DNA of 64,000 nt from Candidatus Saccharimonadota bacterium (GCA_014191035.1 BJGX01000002.1:18813-82812), one strand, 5' to 3'; counted from the stretch's first letter, positions 1 through 9,645 are shown. The notes: a model not told the origin generated them from the sequence alone. Numbers and translations: made by a program.

Positions 1-2
1 CC

Positions 3-1211
3 AGTATAGAGAAAAACGAAATATTAAGTGCATTACTAACTAAAGCGGGTGTTAAACACGAAACTCTAAATGCTAAAAACAATGAACGTGAGGCAGAAAT
101 TATTGCTCTTGCTGGTCAAAAAAAGGCTGTAACATTGGCAACCAACATCGCGGGTCGTGGAACAGATATTGTGCTTGGTGAAGGCGTCAAAGAGCTAGGA
201 GGCCTTCATGTAATTGGTACCGAGAGGCACGAATCAAGACGTATCGATAATCAGCTTAGGGGTCGTGCAGGGCGCCAGGGCGATCCAGGCTCAAGTCAGT
301 TTTTTGTGAGTGTCGAAGATGATTTAATGCGTATTTTTGGTGGTGACAGGATTGGTTCTTTAATGGCCAGCTTGAATATTCCAGACGATGTTCCAATCGA
401 GAATCAAGTTATTTCTCGCTCGCTCGAAAACGCGCAAAAGCGAGTAGAAGGACATAATTTCGATATTCGAAAGCACTTAGTCGAATATGACGATGTAATG
501 AATTCTCAACGAGAAGTAATTTACGCAAAAAGACGCAAGTACCTAGAGGGACTTGAGCTTAGATCAGAGGTTGAGGATATGTTTAAAGAAGAAGTAGCCT
601 CTGTAGTTATGGCCAACACCGATGCCAGAACGGGTGCAGTTAATCTCAAAGAGCTGCAGGAAGCTATAGACACAATTTTGCCACTACCCAAAGACTGGTC
701 CGACAAAATCACAACCAAGGTGCCTGAGCTTATTACTGAAGATATTATGGATAAGGTAAAAGCCGCACTTAATGATCGCGAAAAGACCTTGGGCGATGTC
801 ATGAATGTGGTTTATAAAATGGTATGCTTAAAGACTATCGATAGCGCCTGGTTGGCACACCTAGAAAATATGGACCATCTAAGAGATGGTATCGGACTCA
901 GGGGCTATGGTCAGCGCGACCCCCTTGTGGAGTATAAGGCTGAAGCTTTTGGGATGTTTAATCGACTGCAAGTTTCAATCCGTTCCGAAATCGTTAACAC
1001 CATATTAAAGGTTGATGTGCGCGAGCAACCTCAGGCAATTGAAACCGAGACAGAACTTACCGAAGGGGCCGAAAGGGCAAATACAGCAATGGAGCAATCA
1101 ATCAAGAAGCAGTCCAAGCAAAGTGCCGTAAAAACTCGAAAAGTATCCGCAAAGCCTTCGCTTAAGCCAATACGTAAAAAATCAAAGAAGAAGAAAAAGA
1201 AGCGTAAGTAA
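3..1211 (+). CDS. secA: Preprotein translocase ATPase SecA, 3' part (5' end outside window)
   Basis: Frame open from position 3; motifs LNAKNNEREA, ATNIAGRGTDI, TERHESRRIDNQLRGRAGRQGDPG, GLRGYGQRDPLVEYK. Confidence 0.97.
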   Translation, partial: SIEKNEILSALLTKAGVKHETLNAKNNEREAEIIALAGQKKAVTLATNIAGRGTDIVLGEGVKELGGLHVIGTERHESRRIDNQLRGRAGRQGDPGSSQFFVSVEDDLMRIFGGDRIGSLMASLNIPDDVPIENQVISRSLENAQKRVEGHNFDIRKHLVEYDDVMNSQREVIYAKRRKYLEGLELRSEVEDMFKEEVASVVMANTDARTGAVNLKELQEAIDTILPLPKDWSDKITTKVPELITEDIMDKVKAALNDREKTLGDVMNVVYKMVCLKTIDSAWLAHLENMDHLRDGIGLRGYGQRDPLVEYKAEAFGMFNRLQVSIRSEIVNTILKVDVREQPQAIETETELTEGAERANTAMEQSIKKQSKQSAVKTRKVSAKPSLKPIRKKSKKKKKKRK

Positions 1212-1270
1212 TTTTGATACAAAATTCTTTTTGATGTAAAATAAGATTAAACAATTGTACTAGGAGGGTA

Positions 1271-1642
1271 ATGTCGGCATCAATTCCGTTAAAAGTTAAT
1301 GATTTGTCAACTCCAAAGGTTTCAGCTCAGAAAAAAAGAAGAGGAAGACCAAAAAAGGACTCAACAATTAGAAAAATGGACATTTCTCCCAGAAAACATG
1401 TTTCTTTTGACTCAGTTGTAAAAGAACAAGACGAATCCATAGAAAAAAGCTTGGTTGATAAGCCAGAAGTAGAGGTTAATTCCTCAGAGCGATATCATAG
1501 TCTCCCAGTTCATGCAGACAACCTAGGCATTATCAAACAAACCGAGCCAGAGGCGCAAAAAAAGCGTGAACTGCAAGCTGATGACAAAATTGTTATTAAC
1601 TTAAGAAATACCGATAATGCAAAGTTGGTACTAACAATCTAG
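1271..1642 (+). CDS. Hypothetical protein with AT-hook-like motif
   Basis: AGGAGGGT SD before ATG; KKRRGRPKK motif. Confidence 0.7.
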   Translation: MSASIPLKVNDLSTPKVSAQKKRRGRPKKDSTIRKMDISPRKHVSFDSVVKEQDESIEKSLVDKPEVEVNSSERYHSLPVHADNLGIIKQTEPEAQKKRELQADDKIVINLRNTDNAKLVLTI

Positions 1643-1662
1643 CTAAGCATAAGTAAAAACAC

Positions 1663-1691
1663 TTGACAAAATGCTTATAATGTAGTAATAT
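1663..1691 (+). promoter_or_regulatory. sigma70-type promoter
   Basis: TTGACA-17 bp-TAATAT. Confidence 0.7.
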
Positions 1692-1742
1692 CACATCTGA
1701 TTCTCGCACCTTGCGGGGAAGTAGTTTTGAGAAGGAGAAGCC

Positions 1743-2135
1743 GTGCGTAGAGCTTTGAGAGAGGTGTGGTTTAAAGTGCGATTCAAGCTTTTTGGTAATT
1801 CCGAAGCTGAATGGTGGTACAAAGTAAACCAGAACAGAAAGAATGCAGATTTTTCAAACCCAAGATCTGATCTTCGACCCAGCATGGGCAAACTCGCACC
1901 AACTCAAGAGCCCGACAGCTTTATCGATATCGATGAAGAGTCTGCAGAAAGAGTCTTCTTCGAAGAAGTAGATGAGCTAATTAATTCGGGAATCAGCGAA
2001 AATGATCTAGATGAAAAGCTTCTAGATCTGGCAGAAGAACTTTCGCTGGCACTCGAGGCCAAGAAATTGGCTGATTCAGAGACTAACGAAAGCCTTGGTT
2101 CATATTTTGAAGCAATGCATAAGTTTGGATACTGA
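1743..2135 (+). CDS. Hypothetical protein with acidic C-terminal half
   Basis: GTG start after AAGGAG SD; own promoter and downstream hairpin. Confidence 0.65.
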   Translation: MRRALREVWFKVRFKLFGNSEAEWWYKVNQNRKNADFSNPRSDLRPSMGKLAPTQEPDSFIDIDEESAERVFFEEVDELINSGISENDLDEKLLDLAEELSLALEAKKLADSETNESLGSYFEAMHKFGY

Positions 2136-2152
2136 ACATAAATAAATTAGGG

Positions 2153-2187
2153 CTAACTTCGCTGTAAATGCAGCGAAGATAGTTTTT
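2153..2187 (+). terminator. Intrinsic terminator-like hairpin
   Basis: CTTCGCTG/CAGCGAAG stem followed by TTTTT. Confidence 0.6.
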
Positions 2188-2257
2188 AACCAGGATGTAT
2201 TAATCTGGCGACGCCCGTCGTCAGTCAGTGCACCCTCACATCAACCGGGAGGTTGAA

Positions 2258-2935
2258 ATGCCAAACAATAATGACAATCTTAGTGGCTTTATCTCAACAC
2301 AGCAGAAGGTCAACACAGACCTGTTTGCTGCACGAGACGAGGCACGAGCTCGTATCAAGCAGATCACTTACCAGATCGATGAGCTGAAGCGTGTCGGCCG
2401 GGGTACGTCCCTTGCCAACAAGCGTGCAGCTCAGCTGGAGCGCAAGCTTCAGAAGATCGAGAGTGACTTCTCGGAGTACGGTGCAAGCAAGGCCGTGCTC
2501 AGCGAGCTTGCGAGGCTAGATACCTCGACCAAGAACCTCTATCTGGAGGTGGCTGGTCATGGTGATCGAATTCGTGCGTTGGAGCAGTCCGACGCTATGA
2601 AGATCGATTTCCAGAATTCCGGTGTTGAGGTCGCTCACACGACCGATGCAAAGTTCGACACCCCCTGGGTAGAGGCTTTCATCGTTGGTGCAGTGGCTTT
2701 CCTCCTGACCGCATTCGCGCTGAATGCGTGGATCGCTCAGGACTGGAACTTCAACAAGGACTTCTGGGCTAGCATCATCGTTGGCGCTGCGGCGTTCTTC
2801 GTGATGGCAAGCTTCGAGAAGCTTCGACTCGGTCTGCAAATTCAGGCCCGCCACGTGTGGGTCATGAAGGAGCAGCCCGCTGAGAACCAGCAGCCCTCTA
2901 CGGCTACTACTCAGCAGGATCGGGTCGACGCCTAA
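2258..2935 (+). CDS. GC-rich hypothetical membrane protein (coiled coil plus 2 TM)
   Basis: GGAGG SD before ATG 2258 (track starts at GTG 2228); helical N-half, two hydrophobic segments. Confidence 0.75.
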   Translation: MPNNNDNLSGFISTQQKVNTDLFAARDEARARIKQITYQIDELKRVGRGTSLANKRAAQLERKLQKIESDFSEYGASKAVLSELARLDTSTKNLYLEVAGHGDRIRALEQSDAMKIDFQNSGVEVAHTTDAKFDTPWVEAFIVGAVAFLLTAFALNAWIAQDWNFNKDFWASIIVGAAAFFVMASFEKLRLGLQIQARHVWVMKEQPAENQQPSTATTQQDRVDA

Positions 2936-3105
2936 GTCGTTTAAAAGGGGCATGTCAACCTCATAAAAAACTGACCGTAATTCTCAGGGGAAGTTCCTGG
3001 GGGCTGTTGATCGATAAGCCGTCACTATCGATTGGGTACACATGTGCTAGCCCGCAATCGCGAAATAGCACACCTTATCCCAACCTGGGAGAGGAGGTGA
3101 GCTGA

Positions 3106-4086
3106 ATGGCTCACGTCAACGGAAAGCGCTTGGCAGGGGGTCTCTGTACCCTACTGCTTTTGTTCCTGCTCGTGGGTGGCATCAAGCAGGTGGTTTCCGA
3201 GCCACCGGCCGATGCAAATCCGCTTCCTCCCAAGGTTGCGGATTGCCCTGGGCCCGTTCACTACTTCCGGCATGACCTGCCGGTTGAGGTGAACCATTTC
3301 GGTCCAGCAGTTGGCGATGGCAACATCGACCTCGTTTTGGAGCAGCTCCACTACCGGCGCTGTGTGGATCCGGCACTGACGGTGGCTCACCGTCAGTACC
3401 AGGCCCGGAACTACACCAGCCCGGAAGAGAGGCTCTTTCAGACGGAAGGCTTGCAGGACAATCCCGAAGCGTGGGCACTGAATGTGCTTGCTCTGGAGGA
3501 GCGTGAAGCAACCGCCGTCAAGGTCGAAATTGTCGAAATGACGGAGTCTTACCAGACTCTTTACATGGTCGACACGCCTGTGCCGACCATCTATCAGGAT
3601 GTTGTTGACAGGCCGCAGTACAAGGTGATTCGCTTCACCTATGCTGACGGCTCAGTTGACAACCTCAAGCTCGACTGTGGCTTTCAGCCTGTCGAGCCTG
3701 TGTTTCCTGGTATTCCTGGACCCCCGGTGCCTGGTGGAAGCGTGACGCCTTCGGGCGACACACCAACACCAACGCCTGGCCCTGGTCCTCGGCCCAACCC
3801 GCCGACCACCTGTGACCCTCGGGTCTGCAAGGGGCCGGCACCGGCCACCCCACCGCCCTGTATCGACAACGCAGGAGTGCGTTGTACGGTGCAGCCAGGG
3901 GCTGGTGGTGAACCCGGTAAGGGGGGAGCCATTAACAGGGGCAGCGACGGGTACTCTCCGGAGGATCCGCCGCCCCCGACCTGGGTGGCACCGGCGCCAA
4001 CGCCGACGTCTGTGGTCACCGTGCCACCGACGACGGCATCGCCACCACCAAGCCAGAACCTTAACCCGGGAATGATTCCGGGCTAA
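3106..4086 (+). CDS. GC-rich secreted or anchored Pro/Cys-rich hypothetical protein
   Basis: GAGGAGGTGA SD; N-terminal hydrophobic helix; P/T/G-rich C-terminal third. Confidence 0.75.
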   Translation: MAHVNGKRLAGGLCTLLLLFLLVGGIKQVVSEPPADANPLPPKVADCPGPVHYFRHDLPVEVNHFGPAVGDGNIDLVLEQLHYRRCVDPALTVAHRQYQARNYTSPEERLFQTEGLQDNPEAWALNVLALEEREATAVKVEIVEMTESYQTLYMVDTPVPTIYQDVVDRPQYKVIRFTYADGSVDNLKLDCGFQPVEPVFPGIPGPPVPGGSVTPSGDTPTPTPGPGPRPNPPTTCDPRVCKGPAPATPPPCIDNAGVRCTVQPGAGGEPGKGGAINRGSDGYSPEDPPPPTWVAPAPTPTSVVTVPPTTASPPPSQNLNPGMIPG

Positions 4087-4223
4087 GGTGAGGCTATTAC
4101 CTCGCTTGGCCTGGGGGAGTAAAATCCCCCGGGCACAAGCCCAAACTTCAAACTTGAACCTAGTAAGTAATTGCTTATTGAGTTCAGGGTTGCAGCCCTG
4201 CTAAAAGCTAATGCTTAAAAGTA

Positions 4224-4252
4224 TTGACAAATATAACCAAAAGTGGTATTAT
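4224..4252 (+). promoter_or_regulatory. sigma70-type promoter of the LPxTG protein gene
   Basis: TTGACA-17 bp-TATTAT. Confidence 0.75.
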
Positions 4253-4345
4253 TCATTACCGTAATTAGCGTTTGATCTTTGAAAGCCAAATAGCCATCGT
4301 TTTTAAGAAACATCCTTATTAATTAACTGTTTCAAAGGAGAATCT

Positions 4346-5698
4346 ATGAAACTTAAATCTTTTGCCAAATTGGGTGTATTTGTCGCTGCTCTAGCTGCTG
4401 TGATAATTATTCCAATAACTGCGATTGCCGGATACGAACCAGCTAATAGGCCTACTAAGACCTATACTGGCCCAGAATCTGAAGCATTCCAATACCCAGT
4501 ATTTAACTCTTGGGTAAACACACCATATTATGGTGACGAACGTGCGTTTTTTGACGCCGCAACACAAACAAACGGACAGTATCAAGACAAGCTTGCTGTA
4601 ACTCCTGGACAAGAAGTAACCCTTAGAATGTATATTCATAACGGTGCTGCTCCAGGCCTAAATGGCACAAACTTTGATGGTCCAGGCGTTGCTAGAAATA
4701 CTCGTTTACAGGTATTCTTACCAACTGCCACTTCAACTCAACTTAGAAGTTTTGGTTATATCGTTGCCGATAACACCAATCCTGGTTGGGTAGCTGACTC
4801 AATTGACTTTAACTCTTCTGTGCCAGTAAGCATGGAATTTGTTAAAGGATCAGCTCGTTTGGCTAACCGTGCAAACCCTAACGGTGTTGCACTTCCAGAC
4901 ACAATTGTAAATAACGACACACAATTCAATGTTAATCGTCCTGGTGCCCCTGTGGGTTACCAAAACATGGACGGTAACTTCCCTGGATGTTTCGAGTATG
5001 ATGCATTTGTAACCTTGAAAGTTAAAATCAATGGACCTGCTTTGAGCGTACAGAAAAAGGTAACCACTCCTGGTTCTACAAACTGGCAGGAAAACCTTGA
5101 TGTTAACATGAACGATTCTAATTCAACTCCAACTACTAGTTGGTTGATCGAATACAAGAACACCGGTACTGCTACTGCTACTAATGCTGTAATTAGAGAC
5201 AGTTTGCCAGCAAATCTTAAGCTAGTTCCTGGATCGGTAACATTCTTTGACGGTAACAACCCTAATGGTAGTCCGGTTGCTGACGATGGATTGTTCAAGG
5301 GTGGAGTAGGTTTAGGTAATGTATTGCCAGGTTCAAACGGATTTTTCCGCTTTAGAACTACTGTTGCAACACCATTTACACCTCAAGAATGTGGCGTGAA
5401 GCCTTTGGTAAACACTGCCGAAGCTGAAGCCACTGGAGTAGCTAAGGTTAATGACACCGCTAGCGTAACTACTAAAAAGGACGCTAACTGTGCCACTCCT
5501 CCAGCTCCTCCAACTCCTCCAGCCCCAACTCCATCTGTTGTTCCTTCTACCCCTGTGAGCGCTACTTTGCCTCAAACAGGTGTTGAAGCTGGACTATTAG
5601 GAGTAATTGGTTCAAGTGCGATGGCTATTGGTGCAATTAAGTACCGACAGAGTAAAAAGGCTGTAGCCGAAACTCTTAAGAAAAAGTCAAACCGCTAA
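4346..5698 (+). CDS. LPxTG-anchored surface protein with DUF11/pilin-isopeptide-like Ig domain
   Basis: Signal peptide; KKVT...YKNTGT...IRDSLPANLKLVPGS pattern; Pro linker; LPQTG, hydrophobic helix and basic tail. Confidence 0.85.
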   Translation: MKLKSFAKLGVFVAALAAVIIIPITAIAGYEPANRPTKTYTGPESEAFQYPVFNSWVNTPYYGDERAFFDAATQTNGQYQDKLAVTPGQEVTLRMYIHNGAAPGLNGTNFDGPGVARNTRLQVFLPTATSTQLRSFGYIVADNTNPGWVADSIDFNSSVPVSMEFVKGSARLANRANPNGVALPDTIVNNDTQFNVNRPGAPVGYQNMDGNFPGCFEYDAFVTLKVKINGPALSVQKKVTTPGSTNWQENLDVNMNDSNSTPTTSWLIEYKNTGTATATNAVIRDSLPANLKLVPGSVTFFDGNNPNGSPVADDGLFKGGVGLGNVLPGSNGFFRFRTTVATPFTPQECGVKPLVNTAEAEATGVAKVNDTASVTTKKDANCATPPAPPTPPAPTPSVVPSTPVSATLPQTGVEAGLLGVIGSSAMAIGAIKYRQSKKAVAETLKKKSNR

Positions 5699-5718
5699 TA
5701 TAAATAAAATTAAGAATT

Positions 5719-5745
5719 AGACCCCATACGGGGTCTTTTTCTTTT
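5719..5745 (+). terminator. Intrinsic terminator
   Basis: AGACCCC-ATAC-GGGGTCT followed by a T tract. Confidence 0.85.
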
Positions 5746-5774
5746 ATAGGAAAATAAGTTATATAATAGACATT

Positions 5775-6851
5775 ATGAAAAACAATATCGAAAAGCTAAC
5801 CACCTGCCTAAATGAGGTAGAGGATGCGATAAAAAAGCTAAATATAGAAGCAGACGCAACAAAGCTAGCTGAGCTAGAGGAGGAAATGGCAAGTCCAGAT
5901 TTGTGGAATAATCAAGAAAGAGCAGAGCAAGTCACCAAAGAAGCTTCATCTCTTAAATCTTATATAGATGCATGGAATAGCTTAAAAGAAGACCTTTCGA
6001 CCACACTGGAGCTTATTGAATTAGAGCCTGATAATAATGATTATGAAAACACAATAGAGGAGCTAATTAATCGTACAAGTACGATGTTGGTAGCAGTTAA
6101 GCTAAATGGTGAGTACGATAAATCCCCAGCAATATTGCAGTTATCGGCTGGTGTTGGAGGTACAGATGCAGCTGATTGGACAGAAATGCTAATGCGTATG
6201 TATTTACGTTATGCCGAAAAAGCCGATTTGTCAGCAGAGATTTTAGAGGAAAGTCCTTCCGAAGAAGCTGGTATAAAAAGTGCTACATTAAGAATCAGCG
6301 GGCCGTTTGCGTATGGAAAGCTGAAATCTGAAAAGGGAGTCCATCGTTTGGTTCGCCTAAGCCCATTCAATTCTGATAATTTACGCCAGACTTCTTTTGC
6401 ACTGGTAGACGTAATTCCAGAAATTGAACAAGCAAAGTTTGATATCGATGAAAAAGATTTAAAGATTGATACCTATCGAAGTAGCGGTAAAGGTGGGCAA
6501 AGCGTAAATACAACCGATAGTGCAGTTAGAATAACCCATTTGCCAACCGGAACTGTGGTTTCCATTCAAAGCGAGCGGAGCCAGCTTAAAAATAAACAGA
6601 GAGCCATGAACATTTTAGTTAGTAGACTGGCTGAATTAGCCAGAGAACAGCACCAGGGCGATGTCAGCAAGCTTAAGGCTACCAAGTCGGCTGATTGGGG
6701 TAGCCAGATAAGATCATATGTACTTCATCCATATCAAAAAGTAAAAGATAACCGTAGTGGCTTTGAGACAAGTGATACGCAGGGTGTACTTGATGGTAAC
6801 CTAGAGCCAATCATAGAAGCCTATTTAAGCTCACAAGTCGGTAAGGATTAG
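5775..6851 (+). CDS. prfB: Peptide chain release factor 2
   Basis: SPF anticodon-mimic (RLSPFNS), GGQ motif, WGSQIRSYVLHPY; uninterrupted ORF. Confidence 0.96.
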   Translation: MKNNIEKLTTCLNEVEDAIKKLNIEADATKLAELEEEMASPDLWNNQERAEQVTKEASSLKSYIDAWNSLKEDLSTTLELIELEPDNNDYENTIEELINRTSTMLVAVKLNGEYDKSPAILQLSAGVGGTDAADWTEMLMRMYLRYAEKADLSAEILEESPSEEAGIKSATLRISGPFAYGKLKSEKGVHRLVRLSPFNSDNLRQTSFALVDVIPEIEQAKFDIDEKDLKIDTYRSSGKGGQSVNTTDSAVRITHLPTGTVVSIQSERSQLKNKQRAMNILVSRLAELAREQHQGDVSKLKATKSADWGSQIRSYVLHPYQKVKDNRSGFETSDTQGVLDGNLEPIIEAYLSSQVGKD

Positions 6852-6890
6852 CTTTATATTTTTCATAAATTTTGTTAAGATAGTTATTAT

Positions 6891-7571
6891 ATGATTTTAC
6901 TCGACCGAGTTACCGTTATTTACCCAAACAAGACGGTGGCGCTTTCAGGCGCCTCACTGCACATTCAACCAAAGGAGTTCGTAACTGTGGTTGGAGCCTC
7001 GGGTGCTGGTAAAAGTACTCTAATCCGATTACTTATCAAGGAAGAAGTTCCAACTTCCGGTAAAATAATTGTAGGCAGTATCGACTACGACACAATTGAT
7101 AAGTCTAATATTCCTCATTTGCGCCGTAAAATTGGTGTAGTATTTCAAGATTTTAAATTACTACCAAACCTCACTGTATACGAAAATGTAGCCTTTGCAT
7201 TAGAAGTTTCGGGAGTTAAAAACACCGAAATCAAAAGAGCTGTTCCCAAAATTTTACAACTGGTTGGCTTAAGCGAAAAAGCCCACCATTATCCGGGTGA
7301 AATTTCAGGAGGTGAGCGTCAAAGAACTGCTATTGCTAGGGCTCTGGTAAGAAATCCTAAAATACTCATCGCTGATGAGCCCACAGGTAATCTAGACCCA
7401 AAGAATTCTTGGGATATTATTGAATTGCTATTAAAGATCAACCGTTTTGGCACTACAGTTGTACTTACCACGCACAATAAAGAAATTGTCGATGCCTTAA
7501 AGAAGCGCGTTATTACAATTAACCGTGGGCGCGTAGTTAAAGACGAAAAAGTAGGAAAATATAGTCTATGA
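6891..7571 (+). CDS. ftsE: Cell division ABC ATPase FtsE
   Basis: GASGAGKST, VFQDFKLL, ISGGE, ADEPTGNLD; upstream of ftsX. Confidence 0.95.
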   Translation: MILLDRVTVIYPNKTVALSGASLHIQPKEFVTVVGASGAGKSTLIRLLIKEEVPTSGKIIVGSIDYDTIDKSNIPHLRRKIGVVFQDFKLLPNLTVYENVAFALEVSGVKNTEIKRAVPKILQLVGLSEKAHHYPGEISGGERQRTAIARALVRNPKILIADEPTGNLDPKNSWDIIELLLKINRFGTTVVLTTHNKEIVDALKKRVITINRGRVVKDEKVGKYSL

Positions 7572-8482
7572 TTACGCTTTGGAGGGTATTTAAAAGTGGT
7601 TTTCGCAATACTTTCAGAAATGCTTGGTTAAGTACTGCCGCAACCGCAATAATGGCAGTAACTCTGTTAATTATGACCTTTTTTGCTTTTTCGATATTTT
7701 TTGTGAGATCTCAGCTTAATGAAGTTCAGCAAAAAATTGATTTAACTGTTTTTATTTCTGACGACGCTAAAGACGAGCAAATAAAAGCGCTGCAAAATAA
7801 AGTTTTGCAGTCGGGTGGAGTTGAATCTGTTGAATTTGTTTCAAAAGCAGACGCATTAAAGCGTTTAGAAAACAGTAGCGAAGAAGGAAAAAAATTGGCC
7901 AAATCAGCCACAGAAATTGGCAATCCATTGCCAGCATCTTTGGAAGTAAAGCTCGAAAAATTAGATGATATCGGAGGTATCAACAAGCAAATCCGCGAAC
8001 TGCCAGAGGCCGTTATAATAACCGAAACTAGCTACGATAGCCGCGACGACAATCGTAAGGGTGTAATTGAGAACGTAATTAAAATAAGTAATGGAGTAAC
8101 TAGGGTTGGTGCAATTCTGAGCATAGTCTTTTTAGTAATCGCGCTTTTAATTATTTTTAATACAATCAGAATGGCTATCTTTACTCGTCGAGAAGAGATT
8201 GAAATTATGAAGCTAGTAGGAGCAACTAAGTGGTTTATTCGCGGCCCATTTATAGTTGAAGGGTCAATGTATGGTGTTTTTGGTGCAACCATTGCAACAA
8301 TTGCCTTAATTCCTATCGGAAGAGTTGCTGGCCAGTTCTTAATAGACAAGTTTAACGCTGGCCAAGCGATGGCTTATTTTGGTACAAATTTCTGGCTAGT
8401 AGTACTCTGCATATACGCGCTAGGAATATTCATAGGTGCGGTTTCAAGTTGGCTTGCTATATCAAGACATTTAAAGCTCTGA
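7568..8482 (+). CDS. ftsX: Cell division permease FtsX
   Basis: NPLPAS, NTIRMAIFTRREEIEIMKLVGAT; 4 TM. Confidence 0.95.
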   Translation: MITLWRVFKSGFRNTFRNAWLSTAATAIMAVTLLIMTFFAFSIFFVRSQLNEVQQKIDLTVFISDDAKDEQIKALQNKVLQSGGVESVEFVSKADALKRLENSSEEGKKLAKSATEIGNPLPASLEVKLEKLDDIGGINKQIRELPEAVIITETSYDSRDDNRKGVIENVIKISNGVTRVGAILSIVFLVIALLIIFNTIRMAIFTRREEIEIMKLVGATKWFIRGPFIVEGSMYGVFGATIATIALIPIGRVAGQFLIDKFNAGQAMAYFGTNFWLVVLCIYALGIFIGAVSSWLAISRHLKL

Positions 8483-8540
8483 AAACCTCGCATTTGAAAT
8501 TAAATTATGTTATAATAGTTATGTTACGGAGGGTAATCGA

Positions 8541-9635
8541 TTGATCTTAAATAAAACAAAATCAGCATTAATAGCAACTACAATTTTGGCGCTAATTATG
8601 TCGCTGGTTTTTACTATTTCCAGACCGGCCAAGGCCGATCAGTTCGATGAGCAGATTGCTGCCCTAAACCGCAAGGTGCGCGATGCAACTGCAGTTGCAG
8701 ATGCTAAAAAATCTGAAGTCAATACGCTAAAAGGTAAAATTGCAAGTATTGAAGCTGAAATCAGTGCTGCTCAAAACCAGCTTGACTTAACAAATCTTGA
8801 AATCAAAAAAACCCAAGCAACAATCGAAAAAAATAATCAAGAAATGGAACGCCAAAAAGAAATTTTGAAAGAAAATCTCCGAATGATATACAAACAGGGC
8901 GAGATTAGCCCACTAGAAGTTGTGGCTTCTAGTAAAAATTTAAGTGATTTTGTTTCGCAACAACAATATCTTGGAGCCATCAAAAAGAAAGTTGACGACA
9001 ATTTAGACAAAATAGAGCAGCTAAAAAAAGAGCTTGACCAGAAGAAAGGTCAACTTAATGCTCAATCGTCACAGCAAAAAGAAGTAGTTGATGGTATCGC
9101 AGTAAAAAGAGCTGAGCAAGCATCGATATTGGCCAGAACTCAGGGTGAAGAAGCAAATTATCGCAATGTGATCAAAGAAGATAATGCAAGAATTGCAGAG
9201 CTAAAGCGCCAGCAAGCAGCTATTATTAGTTCATATTCATCGAATGTTCAATACGGTGGTACTGGAAGTTACCCCTGGGCCAATGTTCCATTCCCAAATA
9301 GCATGCCAGATCCTTGGGGGATGTATAAACGTCAGTGTGTAAGCTATACTGCCTGGAAGGTTGCCTCTTCTGGAAGGAATATGCCATACTGGGGAGGCCG
9401 CGGTAACGCCAATCAGTGGGATGACAATGCCAGAGCTGCTGGCATACCAGTCGATGGAAATCCTAGAGTAGGTGATGTTGCTGTCAACAATTCCGGTCCT
9501 TATGGTCACGTAATGTATGTTGAAGCAATTCTGGGCAACGGCAAGGTTCGGGTGAGCCAATATAACGCTGGATTCGACGGCCGATATTCGGTTAGTGATG
9601 TGACAATTGCCGGCTTGCAGTTTATACACTTTTAA
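8541..9635 (+). CDS. PcsB/CwlO-like coiled-coil plus CHAP peptidoglycan hydrolase
   Basis: Signal peptide, long coiled coil, QCVSY, GNANQW, YGHVMYVE; follows ftsEX. Confidence 0.9.
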   Translation: MILNKTKSALIATTILALIMSLVFTISRPAKADQFDEQIAALNRKVRDATAVADAKKSEVNTLKGKIASIEAEISAAQNQLDLTNLEIKKTQATIEKNNQEMERQKEILKENLRMIYKQGEISPLEVVASSKNLSDFVSQQQYLGAIKKKVDDNLDKIEQLKKELDQKKGQLNAQSSQQKEVVDGIAVKRAEQASILARTQGEEANYRNVIKEDNARIAELKRQQAAIISSYSSNVQYGGTGSYPWANVPFPNSMPDPWGMYKRQCVSYTAWKVASSGRNMPYWGGRGNANQWDDNARAAGIPVDGNPRVGDVAVNNSGPYGHVMYVEAILGNGKVRVSQYNAGFDGRYSVSDVTIAGLQFIHF

Positions 9636-9645
9636 ATAATTATCT

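Noticed and set aside
2516-4075. Multiple overlapping alternative-frame ORFs
   Set aside because: Expected from stop-codon scarcity in GC-rich DNA; only the plus-strand ORFs have clear SD sites
5493-5535. CCTCCA-type short tandem repeats
   Set aside because: They encode the Pro-rich linker of the LPxTG protein
5775-6851. Programmed +1 frameshift in prfB
   Set aside because: The ORF is continuous and full length with no CTT-TGA site
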